A stretch of 64,000 nt of DNA from contig CAWJET010000002.1 of NCBI GenBank assembly GCA_963842085.1, positions 416,001 through 480,000 on the forward strand, written 5' to 3'. The position numbers and the translations under genes are program-made. Positions 9,650 through 19,889 of the stretch are shown here, piece by piece; the first letter of the stretch is position 1; every line of letters starts with the position of its first letter. This DNA comes from an uncultured delta proteobacterium (GTDB lineage: Bacteria > Desulfobacterota > Binatia > Binatales > Binataceae). Under the pieces are notes generated by a model. It was not told the origin of the DNA, made no database searches, and was given only the letters and a program-made list of their open reading frames with translations.

Positions 9650-10858
9650 ATGGATTTCCCACGAATCAAGCGCCTGCCACCCTACGTCTTCAACGCGATC
9701 GGAGATTTGTGCCAAAAGGCGCGGCGCGCCGGCGAGGACATAATCGATTTCGGGATGGGAAATCCCGACGAGGCGACCCCGCCGCATATCGTGGCGAAGC
9801 TCATCGAGGCGGCCGCCAAGAACGCCAACCATCGCTACTCGGTCTCGCGCGGCGTGTACAAGCTGCGGCTGGCGATCTGCGACTGGTACAAGCGGCGCTA
9901 CGGCGTCGAGCTGGATCCCGATTCGGAAGCGATCGTCACGATTGGATCGAAGGAAGGCATCGCGCACCTGGCGCTGGCGATTCTCGACCAGGGTGACGTG
10001 GTGCTCGCACCGACGCCGACCTACCCGATTCATCAGTACGGATGCATCATTGCGGGCGCGCAGGTGCAGGGCGTGCCGATTCGGCGCGGCGAGGAATTTT
10101 TCGACGAATTGATGGCGACGGTGAATCGATGCTGGCCGCGGCCGAAGTTCCTCATCATGAACTTCCCGCATAACCCGACCACCGCGACCGTCGACTTGCA
10201 CTTCATGAATCGGGTGGTCGAGTTCGCGCGCGAGAACGACATCATGGTCGCGCAGGATTTCGCATACGCGGACCTGTGCTTCGACGGCTACAAGGCGCCG
10301 TCGATGATGCAGGTGGCGGGCGCGAAAGATATCGGCGTCGAGTTCTTCACCCTGTCGAAGAGTTACAACATGCCGGGCTGGCGGGTGGGATTCGCAGTCG
10401 GCAATCGCGAGATGATCGCGGCGCTGGCGCGGCTGAAATCGTACTTCGACTACGGGATGTTTGCGCCGGTGCAGGTCGCGGCGATCGCGGCGCTCAACGG
10501 ACCGCAGGAGTGCGTCGGCGAGATCAACGCGACTTACAGGCGGCGGCGCGACGTGCTGGTCGACGGACTCAACCGCGCCGGATGGCCGGTCGAGAAGCCA
10601 AAGGCGACGATGTTCGTGTGGGCGCCGATTCCGGAGCCGTTCCGCGCGATGGGTTCGCTGGAGTTCGCCAAGTTTCTGCTCGCCGAGGCCAAGGTCGCGG
10701 TTTCGCCGGGAGTCGGCTTCGGCCAGGACGGTGACGGCTTCGTGCGCTTCGCGCTAATCGAGAACGAGCATCGCACGCGCCAGGCGCTTCGCGGAATTCG
10801 TCACGCGCTGCGGGCCGGCCACGCCGAAATTCCCGCGAGCGCGGCCAGCGGCTCCTGA
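9650..10858 (+). CDS. Class I/II PLP aminotransferase (AlaC / LL-DAP aminotransferase-like)
   Basis: [42 protein letters not shown]. Confidence 0.9.
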   Translation: MDFPRIKRLPPYVFNAIGDLCQKARRAGEDIIDFGMGNPDEATPPHIVAKLIEAAAKNANHRYSVSRGVYKLRLAICDWYKRRYGVELDPDSEAIVTIGSKEGIAHLALAILDQGDVVLAPTPTYPIHQYGCIIAGAQVQGVPIRRGEEFFDELMATVNRCWPRPKFLIMNFPHNPTTATVDLHFMNRVVEFARENDIMVAQDFAYADLCFDGYKAPSMMQVAGAKDIGVEFFTLSKSYNMPGWRVGFAVGNREMIAALARLKSYFDYGMFAPVQVAAIAALNGPQECVGEINATYRRRRDVLVDGLNRAGWPVEKPKATMFVWAPIPEPFRAMGSLEFAKFLLAEAKVAVSPGVGFGQDGDGFVRFALIENEHRTRQALRGIRHALRAGHAEIPASAASGS

Positions 10859-10886
10859 GCGCAATCGCAAAAGAGTCGGGGACAAA

Positions 10887-12194
10887 TTGAAACCGGTACG
10901 GATTGCCCTGCTCGGATGCGGTACCGTCGGCGGCGGCGTGGTGAAACTGCTGCTGCGCAACCCCGACAAATACCAACGGATTCTTGGCGCGCCGCTCGAG
11001 CTGGCGGCCGTAGCGGATCGAAGCCTCAGGCCCGACGACGTGCCCGGACTGCCGGCGAAGCTGATCACGCGCGACGCGGCTGCGGTGGTAACGCGTCCCA
11101 ACATCGATATTGTGGTCGAGTTGTTCGGCGGTCACGAACCGGCGCGCGCATTGATCATGAAGGCGCTCGCCGCAGGCAAGGACGTCGTTACCGGCAACAA
11201 GGCTTTGCTCGCGGAACATGGCGGCGAGATTTTTCGGTTGGCCGCCAAGCGCGGCCTGGCGGTCGGCTTCGAGGCCAGCGTCGGCGGCGGCGTGCCGATC
11301 ATCCGCACGCTGCGCGAGGCGCTGGCGGGAGATCGCCAGCGCGCGGTTTACGGAATCGTCAACGGCACCTGCAATTCCATCCTCACCACGATGTCGGAGA
11401 ACGGCGTCGAGTTCAGCGCCGCGCTGGCCGACGCGCAGGCCAAGGGCCTGGCTGAGGCGAATCCGGCCGTCGATGTCGAGGGGCATGACTCGGCGCACAA
11501 GCTTTGCCTGCTGGTGACGCTGGCGTTTGGCGTGCTGGTGAAACCGGCGCAGATTTATACCGAAGGGATAACCCGAATCACGCAGGCGGATATCGCGTAC
11601 GCGCGCGAACTCGGCTACGCCATCAAGCTGCTGGCGATCGGCAAAGACGACGACGGCGCAATCGAGGCGCGGGTGCATCCGACGATGATCCCGCAGCGCC
11701 ATATGCTGGCGGGAGTCGGCGGCGCGTTCAACGCGATCTATATCCACGGCGACGCGCTTGGCGCGACAATGTATTCGGGGCTCGGCGCAGGCGAGATGCC
11801 GTCGGCGACGGCGGTGATGGCCGATATACTGGAAATCGCGCGGCATCGCATGGCCGAAGGCTCGGCGCGAACGCACGCGTTCGGTTTTCCGATTCACCTG
11901 ATGAAGAGCGCCAGTGTCAAGCCGATGGACGCCGTGGTATGCGAGTATTATCTGCGGTTCATGGCGCGGGACAGGCCTGGGGTGCTCGGCGCAATCGCGT
12001 CGGTGCTGGGCAAACATGGGCTGTCGATCGCGTCGGTGATCCAGAAGGATCGCGGGACGGCGCGGACGGTGCCGGTTATTATGCGGACGCATGACGCGCC
12101 CGAACGCAGCCTGCAACGCGCGCTGGCGGAGATTCGAAGGAAGAAAATCGTGCAGTCGGCCCCCGCATTTATCCGGATCGAGGAGAGGCTTTAG
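10887..12194 (+). CDS. hom: Homoserine dehydrogenase with ACT domain
   Basis: [38 protein letters not shown] motif. Confidence 0.95.
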   Translation: MKPVRIALLGCGTVGGGVVKLLLRNPDKYQRILGAPLELAAVADRSLRPDDVPGLPAKLITRDAAAVVTRPNIDIVVELFGGHEPARALIMKALAAGKDVVTGNKALLAEHGGEIFRLAAKRGLAVGFEASVGGGVPIIRTLREALAGDRQRAVYGIVNGTCNSILTTMSENGVEFSAALADAQAKGLAEANPAVDVEGHDSAHKLCLLVTLAFGVLVKPAQIYTEGITRITQADIAYARELGYAIKLLAIGKDDDGAIEARVHPTMIPQRHMLAGVGGAFNAIYIHGDALGATMYSGLGAGEMPSATAVMADILEIARHRMAEGSARTHAFGFPIHLMKSASVKPMDAVVCEYYLRFMARDRPGVLGAIASVLGKHGLSIASVIQKDRGTARTVPVIMRTHDAPERSLQRALAEIRRKKIVQSAPAFIRIEERL

Positions 12195-12196
12195 CG

Positions 12197-13300
12197 ATGG
12201 CGTCGGACTCGAAGAGCGGATCCAAACAGCAACGGTTGTCTTACTGGCCGGGACTCATCGAGCACTACCGGCGCTTCCTGCCGGTGACGGATTCGACGCC
12301 GGTTGTGACGCTTAACGAGGGCAACACGCCGCTTATCGAGGTACCCGCAATCGCGGACCGGCTCGGGCTAAATATCAAGGTTTACTTTAAGTTCGAAGGC
12401 GCCAACCCGACCGGTTCATTCAAGGATCGCGGCATGACCGTGGCGATCTCGAAGGCGCTGGGCGAGGGCGCTCGCGCCGTAATATGCGCCTCGACCGGCA
12501 ACACGGCGGCGTCCGCGGCGGCGTACGCGGGACGCGCCGGGCTGAAGGCGTTCGTGCTGATTCCCAAGGGCGCGGTCGCGCTTGGCAAGCTGTCGCAAAG
12601 CGTGATGCATGGCGCGCGCGTGCTCGAGGTGATCGGCAACTTCGACATCTGCCTGAAGGTGGTGCGCGATGTCGCGGAGCGCGACCCGTTGGCGATTCGG
12701 CTGGTCAACAGCGTGAATCCCGATCGAATCGCTGGACAGAAGACCGCGGCGTTCGAGATTTGCGATCAACTTGGCGACGCGCCGACGCATCATTTTCTGC
12801 CGGTCGGCAACGCCGGAAACATCACTGCCTACTGGGCGGGCTACCAGGAATATAAATCGGCGGGGTTGAGTGAGCGGATTCCGAAGATGATGGGCTACCA
12901 GGCGGCAGAGTCGGCGCCGATTGTTGTCGGACATCCGATTGACGATCCGCATACGGTGGCGACCGCGATCAAAATCGGCAATCCCGCGAGCTGGAAGGGC
13001 GCGACCAGCGCGCGCGACGAGTCGGGCGGGATTATCGACATCGTCACGGACTCGGAGATCCTCGCGGCATATCGGCTGATCGCGGCGGGCGGCGTATTCG
13101 CGGAGCCGGCGTCGGCGGCGTCCGTCGCGGGGCTGCTGAAATACGCAGGCGCAGGAATGCTGAAGCCGGGTTCGGTCGTCGTGTGTACGCTCACGGGTCA
13201 CGGCCTGAAGGATCCCGACACCGCGCTGAAAAACCTGAGTAACACTATCGTGGTCGAACCGGACATCGCGAAAGTGCTGAAAATCCTGGAGCGCGAGTAA
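12197..13300 (+). CDS. thrC: Threonine synthase
   Basis: [36 protein letters not shown]. Confidence 0.95.
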   Translation: MASDSKSGSKQQRLSYWPGLIEHYRRFLPVTDSTPVVTLNEGNTPLIEVPAIADRLGLNIKVYFKFEGANPTGSFKDRGMTVAISKALGEGARAVICASTGNTAASAAAYAGRAGLKAFVLIPKGAVALGKLSQSVMHGARVLEVIGNFDICLKVVRDVAERDPLAIRLVNSVNPDRIAGQKTAAFEICDQLGDAPTHHFLPVGNAGNITAYWAGYQEYKSAGLSERIPKMMGYQAAESAPIVVGHPIDDPHTVATAIKIGNPASWKGATSARDESGGIIDIVTDSEILAAYRLIAAGGVFAEPASAASVAGLLKYAGAGMLKPGSVVVCTLTGHGLKDPDTALKNLSNTIVVEPDIAKVLKILERE

Positions 13301-13320
13301 GCAACGAAGAACGAGGCGCG

Positions 13321-14550
13321 ATGAAGTACGTCATCATACACGGCGACGGGATGGCGGATTGGGCGTGCGAGGAACTCGGCGGTAAGACGCCGCTGGCGGC
13401 GGCGCACAAGCCCAACATGGACTTGCTCGCGACGCGCGGGACGCTCGGGATGGTCGCGACGATTCCCAAGGGCATGCCGTCGGGCAGCGACGTCGGCACG
13501 ATGACGATGCTCGGCTACGACCCGGCGCGGTATCACACCGGGCGCGCGCCGATCGAAGCAGCCAGCCAGGGAATCGAGATGGGACCGCGCGACGTGGTGT
13601 TTCGCATGAATCTCGTGTCGCTGAAGCCGGGCGACGGCGGCGCGATGATCATGAACGACTTCACGTCGGGCCATATTACGAGCGAGGAAGCCGCGCAGAT
13701 CGTCGCGGACCTGCGCAAGGAACTGGCGGGCGACGGTATCGAGTTTTTCAACGGCGTCAGCTATCGGCATCTTATGATGTGGCGCGGCGGCGTGGCGACG
13801 ACGCATCTCACGCCGCCGCACGACATCACCGGCAAGCCCGTCGAGGAGCATCTGCCCAAGGGCGCAGGCGCGGATTTGCTGCGCGACATGACGCGGCGGT
13901 CGGTGGCGATTTTACGAGAGCATCCGGTGAACAAGGCGCGCCGCGCCGCCGGCAAGACCGAGGCAACTTCGGTGTGGTTCTGGGGACAGGGCACGCGGCC
14001 CGCGGTGCCGACGCTGAAGGAGCGGTTCGGCGTCGAAGGCTCGGTGATCTCGGCCGTCGATCTGGTCAATGGGCTGGGACGGTTGGCCGGACTGGACCTG
14101 ATTAAGGTCCCTGGGGCGACCGGATTTCTCGATACCGACTACGCCGCGAAGGCCCGCTACGGCCTCGAATCGCTCAAGTCGCGCGACTTCCTGCTGCTGC
14201 ATATCGAGGCGCCCGACGAGGCCGGCCACATGGGCCGCGCCGATCTGAAGAAGGAAGCGATCGAGCACATCGACGAGTTGATTATCGGGCCGATGCTCGC
14301 GGGGCTTGAAGGGCTTGGCGACTTCGCGATCCTGCTGATGCCCGATCACGCGACGCCGAGCCAGCTCAAGACTCATTCACCGGAGCCCGTGCCGTTCGCG
14401 CTGATGACGTCGGCGCAGTTCAACTCGGGCGGCGGGGTGTCGCGCCGCTACACCGAAAGCGATGGCGCCGCGACGGGCCTGCTCGTCGGTGACGGCTATC
14501 ACCTGATAGAATCACTGTTCGGGAGCACCTTGAAGAACACATTGAGCTGA
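13321..14550 (+). CDS. apgM: ApgM-type cofactor-independent phosphoglycerate mutase family protein
   Basis: GDGMAD, GSDVG, EAPDEAGH, PDHATP, THSPEPVP. Confidence 0.85.
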   Translation: MKYVIIHGDGMADWACEELGGKTPLAAAHKPNMDLLATRGTLGMVATIPKGMPSGSDVGTMTMLGYDPARYHTGRAPIEAASQGIEMGPRDVVFRMNLVSLKPGDGGAMIMNDFTSGHITSEEAAQIVADLRKELAGDGIEFFNGVSYRHLMMWRGGVATTHLTPPHDITGKPVEEHLPKGAGADLLRDMTRRSVAILREHPVNKARRAAGKTEATSVWFWGQGTRPAVPTLKERFGVEGSVISAVDLVNGLGRLAGLDLIKVPGATGFLDTDYAAKARYGLESLKSRDFLLLHIEAPDEAGHMGRADLKKEAIEHIDELIIGPMLAGLEGLGDFAILLMPDHATPSQLKTHSPEPVPFALMTSAQFNSGGGVSRRYTESDGAATGLLVGDGYHLIESLFGSTLKNTLS

Positions 14551-14565
14551 CCGCGGAGGCCTTGG

Positions 14566-15519
14566 ATGGAACGGAATCTTGCCCTCGAAGTGGTACGCGC
14601 GACGGAAGCCGCGGCGCTGGCGGCGGCGCGTTTCATCGGCAAAGGCGACGAGCGAATGGCGGATCGGGCGGCGTGCGACGCGATGCGCAAGACGCTGAAC
14701 TCGGTCGCGATGGACGGCAAGATAGTCATCGGCGAGGGCCAGGAGGGCGACGCCGAGTTTCTGTACCAGGGCGAAATCGTCGGCACCGGCGCGGGAACGG
14801 AAATCGACGTCGCGCTCGACGCGATTGAAGGTCCGATCATCTGCGCAACCGGCGGGCCAAACGCGCTGTCGTGCGTGGCGCTGGCCGAGCGCGGGCGAAT
14901 CCTGCGATGCCCCGACACCTACATGGACAAGGTCGCGTGCGGGCCGGCGGGGCGCGGCGTGATCGATATCGACCGGTCGCCGACCGACAATCTCAAGGCA
15001 CTTGCCGAAGCCAAGAAAGTTTACGTCGAGGACTTGCGGATCGCGATCCTCGATCGCCCGCGCCATGAAAAGTTGATCAACGAAGTGCGCCGCGCCGGCG
15101 CCGGCATCAAGATGATCTCGGCCGGTGACCTGTCCGCCGCTATCGCAACCACGCGGCCGGAGAGCGAAATCGACATGCTGATCGGCATCGGCGGAGCGCA
15201 TCAGGGCGTGCTGGCCGGCGCCGCGATTCGTTCCGCCGGCGGCGAGATGCAATGCCGGTTCGTGCCGCGCAATTCCGAGGAAGCCGAGGCGTGCCTGGCG
15301 ATGGGGATCATGGACCTCAAGCATCGCTACACGCTGGAGGAGCTGGCGGGAGAGAACGTGATGTTCGCGGCGACGGGCGTGACCACCGGCGACTATTTGC
15401 GCGGCGTACGGTTTTTCTCCGGCGGCGCGAATACCAACAGCGTCGTGATGCGCTCGAAGACGCGCACCATTCGCTTCATCGAGGCGATTCATCATTTCGA
15501 TTTCAAGCCCGAGTACTAA
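14566..15519 (+). CDS. glpX: Class II fructose-1,6-bisphosphatase
   Basis: RATEAAA, VIGEG, YMDK, LDRPRH, FAATGVTTG. Confidence 0.9.
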   Translation: MERNLALEVVRATEAAALAAARFIGKGDERMADRAACDAMRKTLNSVAMDGKIVIGEGQEGDAEFLYQGEIVGTGAGTEIDVALDAIEGPIICATGGPNALSCVALAERGRILRCPDTYMDKVACGPAGRGVIDIDRSPTDNLKALAEAKKVYVEDLRIAILDRPRHEKLINEVRRAGAGIKMISAGDLSAAIATTRPESEIDMLIGIGGAHQGVLAGAAIRSAGGEMQCRFVPRNSEEAEACLAMGIMDLKHRYTLEELAGENVMFAATGVTTGDYLRGVRFFSGGANTNSVVMRSKTRTIRFIEAIHHFDFKPEY

Positions 15520-15545
15520 ACCGGCTTGCAGGAAGGTGGCGGGAA

Positions 15546-15740
15546 ATGTGGCTGCGCGTGACTATGAAAGACAGGCCGTTGATGATTAACGGCGATCAGG
15601 TGTTGAAGATCGTGGAGAGCCCCGGCGGCGCGGAAGGGCGCCGAGGATGCCACGTGTATCTCTCGCTCACCGAGTATGTGGAAGTCGATCAATCCCTGCA
15701 CGAGATGATGATTTCGCTCGGCTTCGAAGAGCGGCAGTAA
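15546..15740 (+). CDS. Small hypothetical protein (64 aa)
   Basis: ATG after GGAAGGTGG; MWLRVTMKDRPLMINGDQVLKIVE...; ends 3 nt before the stop of the convergent gene. Confidence 0.6.
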   Translation: MWLRVTMKDRPLMINGDQVLKIVESPGGAEGRRGCHVYLSLTEYVEVDQSLHEMMISLGFEERQ

Positions 15741-15743
15741 TCG

Positions 15744-16199
15744 TTACATCATCTGTAAAGCCTGGCAGGTGCGCGAGTCCGGCTTGAACTTGCCAGCCAG
15801 ACACGACAGCTTGGCCGCGTCGATCAGTGCTGGCTCGTCCCATTTCGTAGGCCACGAACCGGTGTTGACGGCGCCGCACGCCTGATGGTTGCCCATCGCG
15901 CACCACGCGCTCAGCTCACTGTGGAGCACGGCGAGCTGCTGGCATGCGTCCTGTTTGCCGGCGTTGCAGGCGGGCGTTTCGGTCTCGAGCGGCGTCGTGG
16001 ATTCCATCAGGACCCTGGTGTCGCTCACCTGTTGCACGATGACATCGCAGGCGACCTTGTTGCCTTGGTTGCACTTCTCGGTTGCGTCAGCCTGAATCTT
16101 GTTGACAAAGTCCGTCGCCGGCGAGCTGCATCCGGCGGAAACGAGCAGGGTGACTGCGAGCGCGAACAAGCTGGAATGCGTTCTGGACCGGGCGAGCAC
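15744..16199 (-). CDS. Cys-rich lipoprotein with CxxGxxxAC repeats
   Basis: Lipobox LLVSAGC; CNQGNKVAC, CNAGKQDAC, CAMGNHQAC. GTG start at 16199 inferred. Confidence 0.65.
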   Translation of the reverse strand: MLARSRTHSSLFALAVTLLVSAGCSSPATDFVNKIQADATEKCNQGNKVACDVIVQQVSDTRVLMESTTPLETETPACNAGKQDACQQLAVLHSELSAWCAMGNHQACGAVNTGSWPTKWDEPALIDAAKLSCLAGKFKPDSRTCQALQMM

Positions 16200-16251
16200 G
16201 AGCGCATTCTTTCGCCCACGATGAGTCTCACGCAAGCGCTGGCGCGAGCAT

Positions 16252-18405
16252 TTACGGTCCGACCGCGAGGCCGGCAGGTTTCCCCAGGCCCGTGAGCGAC
16301 CCGCTAATCGTCGCGATCGGCTTGGCATCGCCGCTGCTGCCGGGCGCATACACGGTTACGGTATCGACGCCTTCGTTGTCGCTGCCGTCGTTGCTGACGT
16401 AAATCTTTCCATCTGAATCGATACCGATGCCGTGCGGCGAATTCAGTCCGGTATGCGGTCCGGAGATGATCGCCTTTGGCGCAACATCGCCGAACTTGGC
16501 CGCGGCGTAAATCGTGACGGTGTCGTTACTGTTGTTGGTAACGTATATATCGCCGGCGGAATCGAGCGCCATACCAGCTGGCTGATGGAACTGCGTGCGC
16601 TTGTCTTTGGCTTCGTTTGCGATGATCGCTTTCGGCGCAACGTTCCCGTTGGCTGTAGATGGGTACACCGTCACGCTGCCTTTGTTGTCAGGACCTCCGC
16701 TGGCGTTCATTACATAGATGTTGTCCGCGGTATCGAGCGCGAGACCAACGGGATCGTTCAGACCGGTGTTATCAATTGTCTTGGTACCGACGATAGTCGC
16801 AATCGGCGCAACGTTGCCTTTGCTGCCAGCGGGAAAGATGGCTACGCGGCCGTTACTGATGTCACCAGCTCCACGTCCGCCTTGGTCGGCCACGTAGATT
16901 TTGCCATGAGTATCGACTGCGATCGCTTCCGCGAAGGTGAGGCCGGGCTTGTCGCTCACGCCATCGGCGCTGATCGTCGCAATCTCGGCCACATTGGCGT
17001 AGCTCCCCGGCGGGTAGACCGTGATGCTAGCCGATTCCGTGCGTGGGTCTTCCTGGCCGCCTCCGTTCGCCACGTAAATCTGCCCCTTGGAATCAACCGT
17101 TACACTGGATGGACTGGAGATGCTGGTCGGACTCTCGATCGTGACCGAGGGCGCCACGTTGCCGTTGGCGCCGGCGCTGAAGACGCCGATTCTGTTCGAC
17201 GTGTCGGAATTGGTAACGTACATGTTGCCATCGGGATCGACCGCAATCCCGCCAGGGTCAGATATTCCGGTCTTCTTGCCGGCGATGTTCGATATCGGCG
17301 TCAGGCACTGACCTGTGTAACCCTCGGTCGTCGGTGGACCTGTCGGGTGATGCACCACAATTGGTTCCAGGTTCAGGTGATCGCCGGTTCCCTGGTCTTG
17401 CTGAGTAAAGACCGCTACGCCTGCGGTGCCGGTATCGAAATTCCAGCGGGTTGTCACGTACACGTTTCCTTTCGAGTCGAGCGTTATTGCTCCCGGCGTA
17501 TGGATTTTCGCGCAATCGCAGTCGATCGATGCGAATGGAGCGACATTGCCGCTGCTGCCGGGCGCAAAGATCAGGACAGCGGCGCTGGGAGATTGGGGTG
17601 CTCCGGCTGCGCTACTCGAGACAAATAACCTTCCGCTCGAATCGACCGCGACTCCCTCCGGCGCCGACAGCAAGCTGGCGGGACCCGAGATAACGCGGGC
17701 AGGAGCGACGTTGCCATTGCTGCCGGGGGAATACACCGTGATGGTGTCGGGCTTTTCGTCCTGGCTCTGATTGGAGACGTAGATGTAGCCCTGCGAGTCT
17801 AGGGCCAGCGCTTGAGAATAACTCAGCCTCGTCTTCGGGCCGCTGATCCTCGCCATCGGTGCTTCATCGCCGTTGCTACCGGCGCGATAAATCGTGACGC
17901 TCGGCGGATCGGAACTCTGATCGCCAGACAGGATGCCTTCGTTAACGACATAGATGTTACCGGCGGAATCCAGCGCGACACCTTGCGGGATAATGAGTTG
18001 CCCACCGCTAATCGTGAAAATTGGAGCCGGCCTCCTGCCGCCGCTCACTGGATACGCCGTGATTGAGTAGCCGTCCTCCGCTCCACCAGAGTTGGTAACG
18101 TAGAGATTTCCCTCCCAGTAAGCGATGCCGGAGGGCTGGGATAGAAAGGTCCGTGTAAAAAGAGACGGCACGTTGCCGTTGTTCCCAATTGGAAACACAC
18201 TTAGGGAATCGAGCGTTGGATTCGCCACAAAGATAGCGGGAGCGGGCTTGTGGCTGGTCGTCGAAGTAGCGGCCGGCGTTGATTCCTCAGCCTTGGAGGT
18301 GCGACCGCAGATGACGACGAGCACGATCGCGAGCGCGAACAGACAGACGGGGCGCGCTCCGGGTTTCACAGTCACATTGTTTCGCTCGCGATAACTGTTA
18401 CGCAA
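16252..18405 (-). CDS. Secreted NHL-like repeat beta-propeller protein (about 12 repeats)
   Basis: Signal peptide; repeated GNVAP..I.G..T.L..P.G.A.D..G.IYV.N units. Confidence 0.85.
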   Translation of the reverse strand: MRNSYRERNNVTVKPGARPVCLFALAIVLVVICGRTSKAEESTPAATSTTSHKPAPAIFVANPTLDSLSVFPIGNNGNVPSLFTRTFLSQPSGIAYWEGNLYVTNSGGAEDGYSITAYPVSGGRRPAPIFTISGGQLIIPQGVALDSAGNIYVVNEGILSGDQSSDPPSVTIYRAGSNGDEAPMARISGPKTRLSYSQALALDSQGYIYVSNQSQDEKPDTITVYSPGSNGNVAPARVISGPASLLSAPEGVAVDSSGRLFVSSSAAGAPQSPSAAVLIFAPGSSGNVAPFASIDCDCAKIHTPGAITLDSKGNVYVTTRWNFDTGTAGVAVFTQQDQGTGDHLNLEPIVVHHPTGPPTTEGYTGQCLTPISNIAGKKTGISDPGGIAVDPDGNMYVTNSDTSNRIGVFSAGANGNVAPSVTIESPTSISSPSSVTVDSKGQIYVANGGGQEDPRTESASITVYPPGSYANVAEIATISADGVSDKPGLTFAEAIAVDTHGKIYVADQGGRGAGDISNGRVAIFPAGSKGNVAPIATIVGTKTIDNTGLNDPVGLALDTADNIYVMNASGGPDNKGSVTVYPSTANGNVAPKAIIANEAKDKRTQFHQPAGMALDSAGDIYVTNNSNDTVTIYAAAKFGDVAPKAIISGPHTGLNSPHGIGIDSDGKIYVSNDGSDNEGVDTVTVYAPGSSGDAKPIATISGSLTGLGKPAGLAVGP

Positions 18406-18464
18406 GCGCCGGCCTGAAACGCGCGGGGGTTGACACTGAAAGGGATGAGGGCGGAATTTGAAGC

Positions 18465-19244
18465 GTGGATCTCAAAAATATAATTTTCGACAAAGCCGCA
18501 ATTGCGACGCTGACCGTGAACCGGCCGGCTGCGCTCAACGCGTTGAATCGCGAGGTGCTCGAGGAAATGGCGCGCGTCATTCGCGAGGTGCGTCACGACT
18601 CGTCGGTGCGCGTGCTGATCGTCACGGGCGCCGGCGATCGGGCGTTCGTCGCCGGCGCGGACATCGCGGCGATGGCGAAAATGTCAGCGGTTGACGGGCT
18701 CGATTTTTCGCGCCTGGGCCATCGGGTGATGGAAAGTTTCGAGGACCTGCCGATCCCCGTCATCGCCGCGGTCAACGGGTTCGCGCTCGGCGGCGGTCTG
18801 GAGCTTGCGCTCGCATGCGACCTGATCGTCGCCAGCGAAAAAGCGCGTTTCGGTCAGCCCGAGATAAATCTCGGACTAATCCCGGGCTTTGGCGGAACGC
18901 AACGCCTGCCGCATCGAATCGGCCATAACAAGGCGCGCGAGCTGATCATGACGGGCGAGATGTTCGATGCGAAGACCGCGCTGGAACTGGGCCTCGTCAA
19001 CCAGGTCGTGGCGCCCGCCGACCTTGCCGAAACCGCGCGCAAGCTGGCCGAGAAACTCGCAGGCAAATCCGCCGTCGCGCTCCGTCAGGCGAAAGCCGCG
19101 CTGCGGGCCTCGTTCACAATGGAAGAGGGCGCGGGGCTCCGATTCGAGCGGGAGGCGTTCGGCGTGGTCTTCGGCAGCGCGGACCGCGTCGAGGGTACGA
19201 CCGCATTCGTCGAGAAACGCCCGCCGAAGTGGCAGCACAAGTAG
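18465..19244 (+). CDS. Enoyl-CoA hydratase (crotonase)
   Basis: AFVAGADI, NGFALGGGLELAL, QPEINLGLIPGFGGTQRL. Confidence 0.93.
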   Translation: MDLKNIIFDKAAIATLTVNRPAALNALNREVLEEMARVIREVRHDSSVRVLIVTGAGDRAFVAGADIAAMAKMSAVDGLDFSRLGHRVMESFEDLPIPVIAAVNGFALGGGLELALACDLIVASEKARFGQPEINLGLIPGFGGTQRLPHRIGHNKARELIMTGEMFDAKTALELGLVNQVVAPADLAETARKLAEKLAGKSAVALRQAKAALRASFTMEEGAGLRFEREAFGVVFGSADRVEGTTAFVEKRPPKWQHK

Positions 19245-19260
19245 CAGGGGTGACCCCTGC
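19241..19260 (+). repeat. GTAG-type REP-like palindrome
   Basis: GTAGCAGGGGTGACCCCTGC; same core as the palindromes at 48291 and 49185. Confidence 0.6.
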
Positions 19261-19370
19261 TTGACGACTTCCGGCACCTGTGGGAAACTCCGGCCAGAGA
19301 AGAAGACGGCGCCGCCGCACGGGCGGCGTTAGTCATTCTGACCCATCATCGAATCGTTCGGAGGATCTTC

Positions 19371-19811
19371 ATGGCTGAGCAGGCTCAAGCTACTGACACG
19401 GGACCGCGCCCAATCGTTCCATGGCTGAAACTGGCGCCCAAACCCCATCTCGAAGGTATCAAGTGCGCGTGCGGAGCAATCTATCTCGATCCCAAGCGCG
19501 TCGCCTGTTCGAAGTGCGGCGAGACCGACAAGTTCAAGCCGCTGACGCTGTCCGACAAGGGCAAGGTGTACGTGTTCTCGGTCGTGCATCAGTCGTTTCC
19601 GGGAATCAAGACGCCGTATGTGACGGCGATTGTCGATCTGCCCGAGGGTATCAGCGTCCGCGCGAATCTGACGGGTGTCGATCCCGAGCAGGCGCAGAAA
19701 GAACCCAACAAGATTTTCAATCTGCCGGTCGAATTGGTAACCGGCGTTGCGGCCAAGGATCGCGAAGGGCACGACGTAGTGGCTTTTTCGTTCCAGCCGA
19801 GTAAAAATTAG
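19371..19811 (+). CDS. DUF35-type Zn-ribbon/OB-fold protein
   Basis: CACG...CSKC, GKVYVFSVVH, PYVTAIVDLPEG. Confidence 0.88.
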   Translation: MAEQAQATDTGPRPIVPWLKLAPKPHLEGIKCACGAIYLDPKRVACSKCGETDKFKPLTLSDKGKVYVFSVVHQSFPGIKTPYVTAIVDLPEGISVRANLTGVDPEQAQKEPNKIFNLPVELVTGVAAKDREGHDVVAFSFQPSKN

Positions 19812-19889
19812 GCGCCCGGCAAGCGCCAGCGCGGCGAACAACTTTACGACGGACCTGAGCTTTGGGCCGGGCCGCCAGGAGGAATCAAG

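Noticed and set aside
16252-18405. Periodic sequence as a possible CRISPR or DNA tandem array
   Set aside because: The repeats are degenerate and at protein level. No identical repeat-spacer array was seen anywhere in the window.
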